A DNA stretch of 61,387 nt, from positions 323,624 to 385,010 of the forward strand of contig NMRA01000438.1 in assembly GCA_002633005.1 (NCBI GenBank), read 5' to 3'. The number at the start of each line of letters is the position of its first letter. The first letter of the stretch is position 1. Positions 12,101-27,100 of the stretch are shown here, piece by piece. Made by a program: the position numbers and the translations under genes. The DNA is from Phoronis australis (taxonomy: Eukaryota > Animalia > Phoronida). Under the pieces are notes generated by a model. It saw only the letters and a program-made list of their open reading frames with translations, ran no database searches and had not been told where the DNA came from.

Positions 12101-15100
12101 CGAGTATCTATGAATATACGCCTAGTTAAACCGTATACTATTTTCGTGAATGTATGAACATGCACCTGGTTACACCATATACTGTTATCGAATTAATCAA
12201 AAAAGACCTGTTCAGAGGCGGTTCTAGGGAACTTAAGTGACTCTAAAAGATGACCTATTGTGACATCTTAGTCTCGTGTCAAGATCATACGTCTCTCTTC
12301 TGTTTGGTAGTAAAGATAAAGTTTGTCAGTAGAAAGGTTGCTTGCAGACATTGGCAGCCAGTAAGCATGTAAAAATGAACCACTGGTCTTAGAAATCTTG
12401 CCCATATGAAAAGAAGCGCACGTGAAGCGTACTACGTCATTATTACTTCAGAATGGGGGTGTGGTCAAGATGTTCAGGCAGTAAATTTAAGGTGACGTCA
12501 ATGTTGTTAAAGAGCTGACAGTCTGTTAATGGTTAAGACCAAGTTCAACAAGATGTCTTGTCACAACGTTTTATTTCTATGCACCGAGCATCGTACATGT
12601 CTCAAGGAAAAATGAGTAAGAAACAAGTTGGGAGCAGCTTTACAGTGGTAAGTGACCTAAATAACAATCGCTTCTCGAGCGAAACGAAGGTTTGTAGCCT
12701 CTTAAATTAAGAGAACAAGAATATCAAAAGTTAACCTTGTTTGCAGAATCCACAGAATTGAGGACAATTGGTTGACGCCCATCCTGCGTATTCCTCGCAA
12801 GACCCTGTTCCGTAGGCTTTACAGTTCTGTATTGTATCGACGCAAGGTTCACCAACTACAACAGAACGCGGTAACCCTGACACAATGAAAAGTACACGTA
12901 CCCGAAATCCATAATTTTTCTTTGAAAAAACGTGACCTTTCCAAGAAAACATGCACCTGTTTTCTGAGCGAAATGAGAAAAATTGGGACCCTGAAGTCCC
13001 ATAGCTCATCCTCGAGTAAAATTGCATTGTCATAAAAGTCAAATTTTAAAAGCTCTAGAGCGTGTCTTTGTTGACGGATGTCATTAAGCTTCTAAGTCCC
13101 GATAGCGCGAGAGCTCACGTACACAAAGGACTGTGGGACATCCGTCGTGCAGGGTAAAGCATAATCACCACCAGTAAACCTTGAGAATACGATTTGCAGA
13201 AATCATTCCATACGATTTCAAGCAGCCAGAAATTCAGTTAATAAAAGGTACAAGTAAATGAAACACCCACACAATGTCCAGCAAATTTTTATTATGAGAT
13301 GGGCACGCATCTGTTTTGCTGTTCATAAACGTATACTAAAGTTCGGAAAAAGCAGATGTACAATAGGTCTTTACTAGCAAATGAGCCGTCGGTCTCAGAT
13401 TCGCCCAAAATTGGTCAAAATGCTAGACCTTTAGTTTAAATTCGATGTACCTTAGAATTAGGGTGTCAAAATGACGTGTTTTGCAATCAGGATGTGTTTA
13501 CCACTCTATAACATATTCCACTGACATTGCAATAATAGAGATATTGTTCGCCAAAATCCGTCCTCTTTTTCATTTCAGGTAGTGTTCAAGGTATGCGTCG
13601 ACTCAAACTTCTCGCCTGAGCAGGAATTTAAAAAAGTACACTTGTCTTCCTGTTCATAATAACCGAAAAGCGATCATGATACTTTCCATGTTATATAGAA
13701 CAACACTGATGACAATCGGTCTATTTTCAATCGGCTAGCCACTTTAATACTGCCGCTCAATACATGAAGAACCGCCTCTGATTAATAGAACCAAGGACGC
13801 GAATTAAAGTCACAATACGTTGCTACATTCAAGACAATTCTTTAAATAAAAGTCTCTAAATTTCCCTAACAGTGAAACTGCATCTACAACAAACAGTAGT
13901 TACTATCAAGGTCACAATAAAATAGTTACTCACTTTTTGACTTTCCGTCAAACATATGATACCAGAACTCGAAACATTTCTTGTGAGTCGTCGTTGGAGA
14001 CATATCCGGGGACAATAGTCTTGCAGTTTCGTTCAACATCCTCGGACTTGAGCTTTCGATGAAAAGGTAATGACCTATATGAGAAAGAGCAGACGAAACC
14101 ATCAGAATTTTCCACCGTCGAGTCATTTGGAAATTCAATAATTGAGCAAGATGAAAAAAAAAATACAAACCAACCTTTTTGGGGGAGTGAGTGAGTTTTT
14201 CTGTTTGGACCGGATGGGAGGCGGAAATCAAAGACCAACCACGAAAGGTGAAATTGATAGGGCACAGGTTTTGGGAATTGGTATCTAGGAAATTGGGATT
14301 TGAAAATAAATCTCTTGTTATGAAATTGCCCAGTTTTCTGATACTTTGCACGGTCAAATTATAGGAATCCCATAAATAAATTATTGTCAAGTGCGGATTA
14401 CCATCAACGAACTGTACCCTTAAAGCTACCAAATCTTTTACCGTCCAAAAATTAGTTTGATTGAGACCACTTTCCGCTATAAATTACTGTCGGTTTGTCC
14501 TATACTGGGGCAGGTACTTACGTTAGGCTTACAAAGAATTAAATATTCTTTAGTGCCGTACGATTAAAATGACACACTGTGACAAACCATCTTGTAGATG
14601 CTGGTCTTCATTCTAAGTCATAATATGGCACCTGTTTTGACCGAAGAGCTATTGGTATTTGAGAAGAATTTTGTTATGGTAAATGAACTACTTGTGTTCA
14701 TCAAAAGTTGGTTTCTTGACAGAGAGATGCAGCCTCAGATTCTTAAAAGGTATCTTCATCTTCCCTTTAAACGCTTGAGACTAAGAGCACGATCTACGCG
14801 TTTTCGTAATACGCATTCAAGTACGCTTCGCGTTATATCCTGAAAGCAGGACCCTGCATTCTTTTTTGTTCGTGAAATAAAATCAGTCACCACAAATGAT
14901 TTACTTGCTTTATTGTAATTACAGAACTTCAGTCGCAAGGTGGAAGCACTGTTGGGAGAGTCTCTGTATTATCCTTTAAGTATTAATCGCCATCTCTTTA
15001 TAAATCAAGGGGTGGTTTAGCGCAATGGCGATTGTTCACGTGAGACCTAGACTCCTAGCTGTACCAAGAAGTACACATTCGTCGCAGCGGCTATAGGAGA

Positions 15101-18100
15101 ATCAAAACCTGATTTCATGAAAAGACCTATTTACAACCTATATGATTACACGTGAGGTGTTTTAAACAATGTGAAATTGCCTGCACACAATTCATTACCT
15201 TGCAGCATAGCACAAAATGAGGCGCAATTTTCAGATGCCCATGAGGGATACTCGTTACAGACATTAGCTCCGTAAGCGCTGCAATCTGTTTTGTCGGGAG
15301 CAACTGAAACCACAAGCGAACATTCATGAGTAACTGAGCAAATGCTTATTCAAAGAAACCCGTAACTTAGAAACCCACATTGTGCTTCTCCAAAGTACTC
15401 TCAATCCACATGTTGCCATTTATTTCACCCCCGCCCCCAGTCGCCAATAAGCTTTGAATACCATTTTGCGAGTTTAGCCAATAGGAATAGGCGTTGAGTT
15501 TTTGAAATAGAGTCATTTATCAAAACAGTATAGACCTGTGGATCTTTCTTCTGATTAAACGAAAGGTGAACATCGCTTAAGTAGAATTACGTGCATATGC
15601 AACCTCGGCTTACCTGCGTGACCTCCACGGGGGCCTGTATCTGTCGTAGGGGTTTTCCCTTTATGACGTGTCCAGTCAAAGTCGTCGGTCTTGTCTTGGG
15701 TCCAACCACACGTGTTTACCTCGAAATCACATGACACTTCCGATTCTAAAAGGTAAATAAAAATATGGAAAGAGAAAGAATGCATTGGCACGCGTACATT
15801 TAAGATTGACTCCATATGAAAACCAATAGGTAGATTCTATACCCAAAATCACATATATTTTGAGACTTAGCACATAAGTTTGGTTTGGCGAGATGTAGAA
15901 AAATTTAGATTTTTAAGGATTTCTATCCATCATTTCCCTTATTATGACATGTACCTCCATTTTGCAACAAAATAGAAGTAGACATGGTCGACTGCATTTT
16001 ACTAGCATGCATGGCTAGCTGGTGACAAATGACTGGTGTAGTTTTAGTGCAATAACTTTCAAAATTCATTTTCAAATTTGTATGTTTTGATTTTGTGTGA
16101 CAAAAACGGCTATTTTGCAGGTTTTCACTGAAGTCATTTTCGGCCAAATTTGGCACACTGTAGCAGCCACATTGCACCTTTTCAAAAACTGGCCTCATAA
16201 TAATTTATTTAGTCGTTCCTTACCTCTTCACAATCTAAAATAGAAAATCTTGCCACTCCCGCAGTTTTTATTCATGAAGCATTATACCAACTGGACTTCG
16301 TACTATTTGCTTGTTCTCAGTTGCCTCAACCACCAATAGGAGGCCTCTTGAAACGTGTAATTAGCTTGCAAAAACGACGTAAAAAGTTTGTATTTTAGAG
16401 AAACATCAGACAACACCAGTAATTACCATTTCTCAAAACCACACTGATGATTATTGCCTGTTACAAAAAAATTATGCGCATAAATTGTGGCTGGCATGCG
16501 TGCTTCGTCTAAATGATAGATGGCGTCGCTGTGTGTTTACATGTAGAATGTGGACACCACTACCATTCAAAACTGCCTTACTCGTGAGTTTGATCTGACG
16601 TAGGAAAGGAGGCACCTACGGGGGTTATGACATTACACAACGGTCTGGGTTTCATAGCAAACATACTAGTGACAGAATCTGTGCCGCAACAAACAGGGTC
16701 AGATGCCAACGGGCGCCTGCCGAAGAGGGGGGAGGGGGACGGTGCTAAACAGGTGTTGTTCAAGAAGGGCAAGGAGGACACCAGTCATCTACATGTAAGC
16801 TACTGGACTGATTACTGTCATTTCTCCTCAACTTGGTTATATCACCATATTCTATTATATTGTTTAACTGCCCCTCTACTTTTTCCCACTCCTGTTCGTC
16901 TCTGAGCACCAGGGTCATGACCCCATGTTGGTTGTGGCGGTGGACAGGATTTTTCATCCATGAACAACCTTGCCCATGATGAGGCACAAACTGAGCCACA
17001 ACACCAAGTTCCTTGCAATATCTCTTTCTATCACTGCGGCTGGTCTGCTTACTCTGCTTGTCCGGGGCCTTCTTTGCCAGGTTGTTATAGCCCAGTTGGC
17101 CGTTTGGTGTACCCACTTGATACTTAATATAATACTTGCCCATTTGGCAGTTTTAGCCCATTTGGTACTTATTATTGACTTTGGCGTTTGACTCGATCCA
17201 CTTGGTAGGCAATCGACTAATATCCGTTTGGTATTATGTATCCAATTGGTGCTATACTAACATGTGTCATTGGGTCTCTTGAACGCTTATGTTTTCTTAG
17301 AAATTAAGGAACCCATCTGGTACCTTCTATAAAACAATTAATTGTTGAGCCGTGACCCTGAAATTCTCAATACGACCTAAATTACATATGTTACTCTTGT
17401 GTTATTTTAGTTGTCCCTAAAATGAGATTGCTGGCACTCTGGCATAAATTATATTATTTAGGCGAATACTATTTTACAGCAGTTCAGGCTTCGTATCCAA
17501 CTCCTATTTAGTTCCGTTTGTTCCTTCTCTCCAGCTTCCGATTGGCCCAGCCTCAAAAACAGTAGCCTACATTCACTCCTAAGTTTTCCCAATTAAGCAG
17601 TTGTGTTGACCAAAATCTGGTCTGTTTAATGTTGCTATTACAATCACTGCTGGTACCTCCTTCAAGCCAACAAGTTGCTGCCGTCAAGAAAAGACTCCAT
17701 TGACTAGCGACCAGAACTGCACTTGGGCGTTCATCACCGTGCTGGATTGCCACTCTCTACCCCGGTCACAGCTCTCAGGACACTGGGCACAAACTGAGCC
17801 AAATACCACGTTCCTTACAACATGTATTTTTATCATTCTGGCGAGACTACTAATTCAGATTGTCCGGAAGCTGCTTTGCCAGAATCATATAGTCCAGTTG
17901 ACTGTTTGGTGTACCCACTTCCTACTAGGCTACATCTGTATGTGACATTTGCACATTTGTCAGTTTGTACACAGTTGGCACTTATTATTGAATTTGCCGT
18001 TTTTCTCGACCCACTTACAAGGCGATCGGCCAATACCCATTTCGTATTATGTACCCATTTGGTACTATACTAAGTTTTGCCACTTAGTATGCGATACTCG

Positions 18101-21100
18101 GTTACACGTTGGGTATCGTAAATGCGTATGTTGTCTTTTGTAATTAAGGTGCCTATCTGGTACCTTCTGTAAAATAATTAATTGTAGAGCCGTGACCCTG
18201 AAATTCCCATACAACCTAAAATATACATGTATGTTATTCTTGAGTTGTTTTACTTGTCACCAATAATTAAAACTCACTCGAAAAAAGTCTCTTAAAAGAC
18301 TCTCAGAATTTATAAATAAGATGGTGAGATAATTCCTTTACCTTATTTTCTAGAACGTGATGCGATCGTAGTTACAAGACTAATCCATTCCCACCAGATA
18401 CGAAATTGAAAAGTAAGACAAACTATAAGTCTTAAATTTTAAATCAACTTTTATTAAACGAACCCAAAAAATGGTGTTGGTCGTGCGAAAAAAGTCACGC
18501 CATACTGTCAGTTGAACAGCAATGTTACCTGTGTGGCGGTGATAATGGCTCAACGTTAGTACATGCACGTGTAACAAGACGTTGAAGTGTGAAGCCATCG
18601 TTGTATTGTTCGGTTCTTGTAGTTGTAGGACCCAATTGAACAAAATTTGTGTAATTATAAATTGTTACACAAACATATACTAATTCAGACGTTATCTCTG
18701 CATTCAATGCTCATATCTTTATGCTTTTGGGAATTTTAACCAAAAATGAAAGAATAGCTCCAAAACTCTATTTACCGTGGCAATCACCCTACAACGTGAC
18801 AAAAAGATTGCCCTGCTCTAAAAGCTTTATGTATGTTTTAGTTGCTTTTTTCGCTTACAGTGCTCTTTTATTTGCTCTTTCGATTTGTTTCTTTTTTTTT
18901 GAAGCAAATGTGTCAATGTCGGCGATACCACCAATATTTTCTTAAAGTCAAAAAACAGTGCATACATATTTATTTGAATTACATGTATGAGTACATTTTA
19001 TTGACACCCTGCATGAATATCCGAATTTCAACAATATTTTTAGAAAAATTCTAGATTGGAAAAAATCGTCTAGGTCACTTTTTAACTTGGGAAGTGGATG
19101 CTTGAGATTTTTCCAATTTCAGCTTGCATTTAAGCTCATTGAATTAAGCATCATCCGTTTTTACAAAACTATTAAAAGATGAGGTTCGGATTATGAAAAA
19201 TAGAATCCATCGATGTTCGTAGAGTAAACGTGCATGCAAATCAGCAACCAACAAATTCGTTGTTTATCAAAACAGAATATTAGAGCAATTTTCAAAGGTG
19301 AGCTTGCAGATTTTTGACGGCCAACCAGGGAAACATGGGGGACACGGCATTCCACGGCGTTTGTGGATTCCGTCCAGAGATTTGTCGAACTTATGCATAT
19401 TTTCGCTCATCTCAGAGCTGATTGTTTGGGTTTATGGGTTAAACTCGAGTTCAAAAATCACTGAAATATCTGTTTATGATTGTCAGTACATTTATTGTAC
19501 AGTACTTTAAATACCTTAAGCCGTTGAACAAGTACACTGTGCATGGTCGTAAAAAATCTGACCTCCGACAATATGCAAAGGTGAATTCTATCATCAAGCG
19601 ACTTTCCAAGAAACGACATTCTTAACAAGAAGGTGTGCTATTTAAAAAATCGGAATAAGAGGTAATCGATTCCTTGTGATCTCTCTCAGTGAGCAGCCGC
19701 TTTTTTCGATAAAAACACAAAAGAGGTGACCGCGTGGATGCCACGTACGGATCCCTCAATGTTAATGAAAGGCCTATTACTTTGATAAGCAGAAAATAAG
19801 CAGCAATTGGTGCTATCTCAATTTTTAACTGATGACTTTTAATATTTCTCGAAAAAAAAACAAAAAGAGACTGGAGAAACATGGTTTTGAATCGAATTTA
19901 AAAAAAGTGAATTGAAGTGGTTAGCAAAAGCTGCGCTTTAAAACTTTCGAAATACCAGCACAAAAGACTAATTGCAAATTTCCAACTGCATTTCCGCTAT
20001 CTGTGCTGCAAAAAATTAAACCCTCTAACAACAATATCCTTGCTAGGGCTCCAAAGGGGAAAATCAAGCAATGGTAGTTGACAAATCTTCGCTTGAATTT
20101 TTTCTTCCGCATCTTACGCTGTCTTTCTTTTCGCCACTACCCCCGGTTCCAAGCCTATGCCGGTTACGACAGACTAATCCTGCCGCCTGAAAAGTTTAGG
20201 GAAGCATATGCCCCACCCCCGCTTCTCATGGTCCATTGCAAATGTTAAGTCAGACGGGAACATCCGCTGAATGACACCTGTTTCATCACAGCCCGTCCGT
20301 CAATACCAACCCACCTATTTCGTCTTCCCGGCTCAGGTCACGTGTTGCTTTCAGATATCACAGGTTGTTGTTCATCAATTGTCAGTGAAACAACTTGGAA
20401 TGGGGTTGACTGCCACGGCACCATGCCAATCTAGTCTACTGCCTGCCACAGTGCATAAGACTCGTTAGTGAATTGTTGCACGAATGAAATCAATTGGCTA
20501 AAAGCAGACTGCTTATAAGCTTCCACTATGGGTTGTCGCCATCCTTTATTTGATGAGAAGCTCGTTTGAATGTCACTATCGTAACTGCCAACAGAGACGT
20601 CGTATTGTTATTCGCTATCGGTGGTCTTTACGCAGAGAACTGAATAGCGACGTAAGTCCGTTATATTTGAAACACACAATCGACTATTAACGTTCTTTGA
20701 GACCAGACGCGCTTTTGCACCCGTCTGTGACCATCCATCAAGGTAAGGTAATTTCACGTGAGATGCTTATCCTATGTTCATTGTCAGAGGTTAGGGCATG
20801 CTGTTGATCATTCATTACGGCGTTTTCCCGTTGCTCCAACTTGTTCGATTCTATATCCCAATAACAAGTTGGGAAGATGACCCTGTAGCCAATATCTTAC
20901 ACGACTGATTAACTCCATTCTGGCATTTTTGGTTCTAGGGTCATCTCTCTTTTGTTCGATAATTGCCCTAATCTCCAATAATATCGTATGTAGCCTAATT
21001 GGGCGGTGCTGTTAAAAATGAAAGTTAAGATATAACATATTTGAACATAAACCAATAGCATTTCTGAAATCCTCGTCAAATGCAGATCATGTTTAATATT

Positions 21101-24100
21101 TGAATCGCCAAAATCGCCCAACTACAACCGAAGTTACGACAATGTATTCTTTCCGAATGTACCAACAGCGGAGTTGCAACCGAATCGATTTAACGATTGC
21201 GCATGTCCGGAAATCAGAGCGCGCAAAGGCTATTGGGATTGATTAACGTATGTGGAATGGTCGATTGGTTTGCACGACGTGTGATTTGTGTGCATCAAAC
21301 TACGCTGCTGTATATAATTCTGCCGCTATTTGCTAATAAGCTCCCATGCCCCTATAAGTGCCCCCACGCGTTTTCAGACTTAGCTAAAGTCACAGGCATC
21401 CTCACTTCTGGCCATCTCCAACACACTATATAAAATACTACAAGGTATGACACTCCGGACTAGAAATTCCACGGGTGCTTCACTTCAGCCGTCCATAGCA
21501 AACACAAAACGCTATAAATTTACACAAAACATGAGTTCAACAAACCACGAGGAATTGTTCTTTCTGCCAATACCATTTGCAGTGTCCTGCTTTACCGTGT
21601 TCGCAACAAATTCGCGGTCAAAGCACAAAAATCTCGCCACGTACTAACAATTTGCTTCACGCGGTCAAGGTCAAGTAGGGCGGAATAATCCGATGAGTTA
21701 CCAATCGACAGCAATTGCCGGTTCATCACGGAAGGTTACAAAATGGTCTGGCTAATGTGGAGTTATTAATTTCGTGACCTTCCGGCAATTTCCATGTAGC
21801 ATAGTGCTGGTACGCAGCGACATTTTTGGAAGATTTTTGTGCTTTGACCGCGAATTTGTTGTGGAGCTGGACACTGTAAATTGTATTGGCAGAAAGAACA
21901 ATTCCTCATGGTTTGTTGATTCTCTTTTTTGAAAATTTATCGAGTTTTGTGTTTGCTATGGGCGGCTGAAGTGAAGCACCAGTGGAATTTCTGGTCCCGA
22001 GTGTCATACCTTGTAGTATATATAGTGTATTGCGGACGATCAGAAGCTGAGGACGCCTGTGGCTAAAGTAAGCGCCCAGCCCATGAACTGCATGTGAAAA
22101 ATGCCTTACCTACAGTTCGTAAATTCTACAGTAACGTCTCCAATTTATCAGTTGAAAGATCTGACATTGCTGAGTTCCTAGACCACGAACCTCACCGTTA
22201 TGCCAGTATACACTGCAAACTTACGCCGCGATTTAAAAAGAACGCACAAGTTTTGCTGCTCTTTGGAGGAATCTACCCCACTGTGGTCTGGACTTTGAAA
22301 ACAGACACAGCGTACTTGTCAGCGAGATTGCATTGTATATTTCCAGTACATATCTTCTCCGGCCTCAACAAGAATCCAAACTTCTTTGTACACGTGAAAA
22401 CCGTGAATCGAAGACTAATAAAAAAACTCGACTAGTGTTAGCACGCGGCCAAGAAGCGCACGCTGCATACTAAACCGGCTGTCATCGAAGACATTTAGTC
22501 GGGAGCTATCTATTCATGAAACGGGTAACATACATGTAGCATCGGCAAGAAATAAATATTGGCACTAATTTCCGAAAGTTTCTAATACCGTAAAACCTTT
22601 TGCATTATTTTTACGAGAAATTATTTAACTAATCATAATTGGTGTTTTAAAAGTCAAAATGACCTAATGATAGTGAACACATTCACACCCTTACACCCCG
22701 AATCTTCAGGAAAATAGCTGTTACACTGCGATCACGTATCCACTCACTCGGCGACTCAATGAGTGACACATCGGTCTTGCCGAAACAATTCTCGAACTTT
22801 TTTTAGCAGATGGGGGCAGCAAGTGCGAAATATTAAAACCCACTCTGCTTTACTGCTTCATTTAATTTCTTAAGTTACAATGCACACCTACAGCATTACA
22901 TCGCATATACTCTGACTGGCAAATGAACTCTGATGACACGCACACGCACGCTTGCTCTCTCACACACACGTATACAAACTTCAAAACAAACGTCACGTGA
23001 CAACAACATGTGTGTTCCACCAGAGATTTTTGTCGTGTTGCGGGCTACAAAAGCGCAGATTTGGACTTAATATGCAGTTAATCCAGACTCTACGAGAACT
23101 TAAAAACCTTAGAGAAGCTATTTGGAAAACTTAAGAAGGATTTCAGGTAATTTGTTGAGTTGAAACTATATTCTTATTCAAGAATTCAAGTTGGCCTATC
23201 GACGATTGCGAGACCGGCAGGTACACATCAGTCGCCTTGGGATTTCAGCACAATTTTCTGAAAAATGATCTTAATTTAACAACGAATTTTGATAGCAATG
23301 CACCACAATTTTGTAGAAAGTAAATGATAATATTATGGACTTTGTCTTAGCACGTTAATGCATGGTGTGCGTTAAGCGAATCGACAGGACAGGTGATTGT
23401 GCAGAGGCATTATCCGCAAAATTGCTCAGGTTGGCTTGGTTCTTGTCAAACGAAAACAAGTTTTGTTTTCACTACCCTCCGCCGTTGAGTATTTGTTGCT
23501 GTTTCTTTCAAGGGAAATATTGTTGGGCAGTTTCCTAGATACGTTTTCTTGCCACCCTAAAATGAGCGCTGCATACTTTATGCCACGAAGTCGGAAAGAA
23601 TTCAATAAATCGGCCTTTGCTACCAGCTCTAACGATGTTTCTGACACATTTTTACGCAGTTCTTGATCCTTGAGAAACAGGTAGTAACTAAATTCTTTAT
23701 CTCGCTAACTGTTATTATAGCAGCCAGGCACACAACAAGTATAACCTCCTGTGGCCGGTTTGCCTACACGCTTACCGACGTACTTGTTGGCTGAATAATA
23801 CCGCATTAACCACAATGCACATTCTGTTCAATTTCCAATATGGCGTCGTTGCAACAACGCTATTCGCTCTGAGTTTGACTGTGTTCACGCGTGGTCTGTA
23901 ATAAGCTTGGCTTGCTTGTTGTCATACAAGACAAAAGACTGTGCTTGGAAGTTAAAGCGCAATAATGTTATTACATGCTCACAACAGAGTGGGAAAACGC
24001 CGTCATGTATTCACACGATTTTATGAATAATCTTTTTTGTTTTAGATTAACGGATGGGTGCAAATGAAATACAAGTGAAGAAGACTGTCACTCGGCAAAA

Positions 24101-27100
24101 CACGTGGGAGCAAGACAGTCACCATGATGGATTTCATCGTGAGGTTGCCCACTATGTCTGACTGTATACTTTGTTATTTATTAAAATTACTCCTACCGCG
24201 TGTGTGTGCATTCATAATTGGTGTCATAATGTTGTAGAAACGACCTCGCATGTTGACTTGTTATCATTTTTATTGTATGTCCTTTTTATTTATTGACCTG
24301 TTTTCAAGTTGATTGAGTGTCGTGCATATTAAATGACTTGTCATCATGTACATTATGTCCTGGCTGTATTAATTTACTTGTTATGATGTTTATTGTTTGA
24401 CGTGTTTATTATTTGACTTATTATCATGTTTATTAGGTCTCGTTTATAGTAATTGTATTGTTATCAGGTTTATTGTTTTCGTGTGTAGTAATTGACTTAT
24501 TATCATCCTTATTGTGTGTTGTGTATGTTAACTGAATCTTTAGCATGTTTAATTTGTGTGTTGTTTATTACTTCATCTGTTTACATGTTGATTGCGTGTC
24601 GTGCATATTAATGGATTTTTATCATGTTCATTTTGTATCCTGTACATTAATTTACATTTTGTCATGTTTACAGTGTGTCGTGTATATTAATTGACTTAAC
24701 GTGTCCATGTATATTGATTAAATTTCTATCATGTTCATTGTGTGTCCTGTATATCAGTTGACTCTTTATCATGTTTATTGCTTGAATTGTTCATTAATGG
24801 ACCTGTTTAATGTTGATTGTGTGTCGTGCATGTTAAATGATTGTTACCATGTTGATTGTGTGTCACGTACATTAATTGAAATATCGTGTTCATTGTTTTT
24901 CGTGTGTATTACATGTAGTTGACTTGTTATCATGTTTATTGTTTTAGTGCGTATTTATTGATTTGTTTATTGTGTGTCGTGTATGTTAATTGAATCTTTA
25001 TAATGTTTATTGTTTGTCTTTTTTATAACTTCACTTATGTGAATTACATGCCTTGCATATTAATGGATTTTTATCACATTCATTGTGTGTCTGTACATTA
25101 GTTGACATTTTATCATGTTTACTGTGTGTCTTGTACATTATTTGACTTGTTATCATGTTTACTGTGTGTCTTGTATATTATTTGACTTGTTATCATGTTT
25201 ACTGTGTGTCTTGTATATTATTTGACTTGTTATCATGTTTACTGTGTGTCTTGTATATTATTTGACTTGTTATCATGTTTACTGTGTGTCTTGTATATTA
25301 TTTGACTTGTTATCATGTTTACTATGTGTCGTGCATATTAATTGACTTGGTATAATGTTCATTGCTTTTTCGTATATATTGATTGAATTTCTATAATGTT
25401 GATTGTGTGTCGTGTAAATTAATTGACTCATCAGGTTTATTGTTTTTCGTGTATATTAATTGATTTGTGAGCATGTTTATTGTTTTCGTGTGTATTACTT
25501 GACTTGTTTATTGTGTTTCGTGTTTGTTGATTGAATCTTTATAATGTTTATTGTGTGTCTTGTTTTTGACTTATTGTCATGTTTATTGTTTTCATGTGTA
25601 TTACTTGATTTTTATGGTGTGTCGTGTATGTTAATTGAATCTTCATAATGTTCATTGTGTGTCTTGTTTTCATGGTGCTTGCATGCCGTGCATATTAATG
25701 GATTTTTATCATGTTCATTATTTAACCTGTACATTTTTGACATTTTGTCATGTTTATTGGTTTGTCTTGTATGGTAATTGAATCTTAGCATGTGTTTGTG
25801 TCTTGTTTATTTCTTCACCTGTTTTTCTATTGGTTGCTTGTCGTGCATATTAATGGATTTTTATCATGTTCCTTTGATATCCTGCATGTATTGATTGATA
25901 TTTTATAATGTTTGTGTGTCGTGTTTATGATTTGACATGTTATCATGTTCATTGTTTTTCCGTGTATATTGAATGAATTTCTATCATGTTCATTGTGTTT
26001 TGTGTATATTAATGGAGTGATCATTTATAATTATTTTCGTGTATATTGATTGAATTCTTATCATGTTCATTGTTTGTCGTGTATATCAATTACTCCTTAT
26101 CATGTTTATTGCTTGTCTTGTTTATTTGTTGACCTGTTTTATGTTGAATGTGTCATGCATGTTAAATTATTGTTAGCACATTGATTGTGTGCCTTGTACA
26201 ATAATCGATTTTTTATGTTTATTGTTTTCATGTGTATTAATTGACCTTTCATCATGTTTCTGGTTTGTCGTATATATTATCTGACATGTTGTCATGTTGA
26301 CTGTGTGTCGTACATATTCACTGACTTGGTTTAATGTTCATTATTTTTTCGTATGTATTGATTGAATTTCTATCATGTTTTATGTGTGTCGATTATTTTA
26401 ATTGATTTGTTATCATGTATATTGAGTGCTGTATATTAAATGACGTGATATCATATATTTTTGTAGTGTGTATTAATTGACTTTGACCTCTTTAAGGTGA
26501 AGAAGATGACAGACGGCGGCCGCCAGGACATCGAATATGTGAAGTTTGCAATTAATTGAATTGTCAGTGTTATCATATATATTATATTTTGTGTCTATTA
26601 ATTGACCTGTACTAACATTTACTGCGTGTCGTGTATCTTAATTGACTTTTTATCATGTTTAGTGCATGTCTTGTTAATTAATTGACCTGTTTTCATGTTA
26701 ATTGATGTGCATATTAAATGCCTTTTCATCATGTATATTGTGTCCCGTGTATACTTATTTACCTGTTATGATGTTGATCGTATGTCGTGTTTATTATTTG
26801 ACTTGCTATCATGTTTATTACGTCACCTGTAAAGTAATTGTCTTCCTATAATGTTTATTGGGTGTCGTGTATAATAATTGATTCTTACGTTATGTGTGCC
26901 GTGTAAAAGAATTGACTTGCTATCGTGTTTATTGTGTGTCAAGTATATTAATTGACTTTTCATCATGTTCATTGTTTTTCGTGTGCATTAATTGACTTAT
27001 CATGTTTATTGTCTGCCGTGCATATTATCTGTCTTGACATGTTTACTGTGTGTCGTATTTATTAATTGACTTATTATCATGTTCATGGTTATTTCGTGTA

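Noticed and set aside
18529-18598. Alternative gene B first exon MASHFNVLLHVHVLTLSHYHRHT G|gtaac
   Set aside because: Correct phase but His-rich with a poor hydrophobic core; 33655-33592 is a better signal peptide. Not fully excluded.
19955-20112. MRKKKFKRRF...VFCA G|gtattt as a first exon of gene B
   Set aside because: Weak donor and atypical signal sequence.
23776-23790. 15-nt in-frame microexon candidate for gene B
   Set aside because: Lies within the THAP transposon relic; no independent support.
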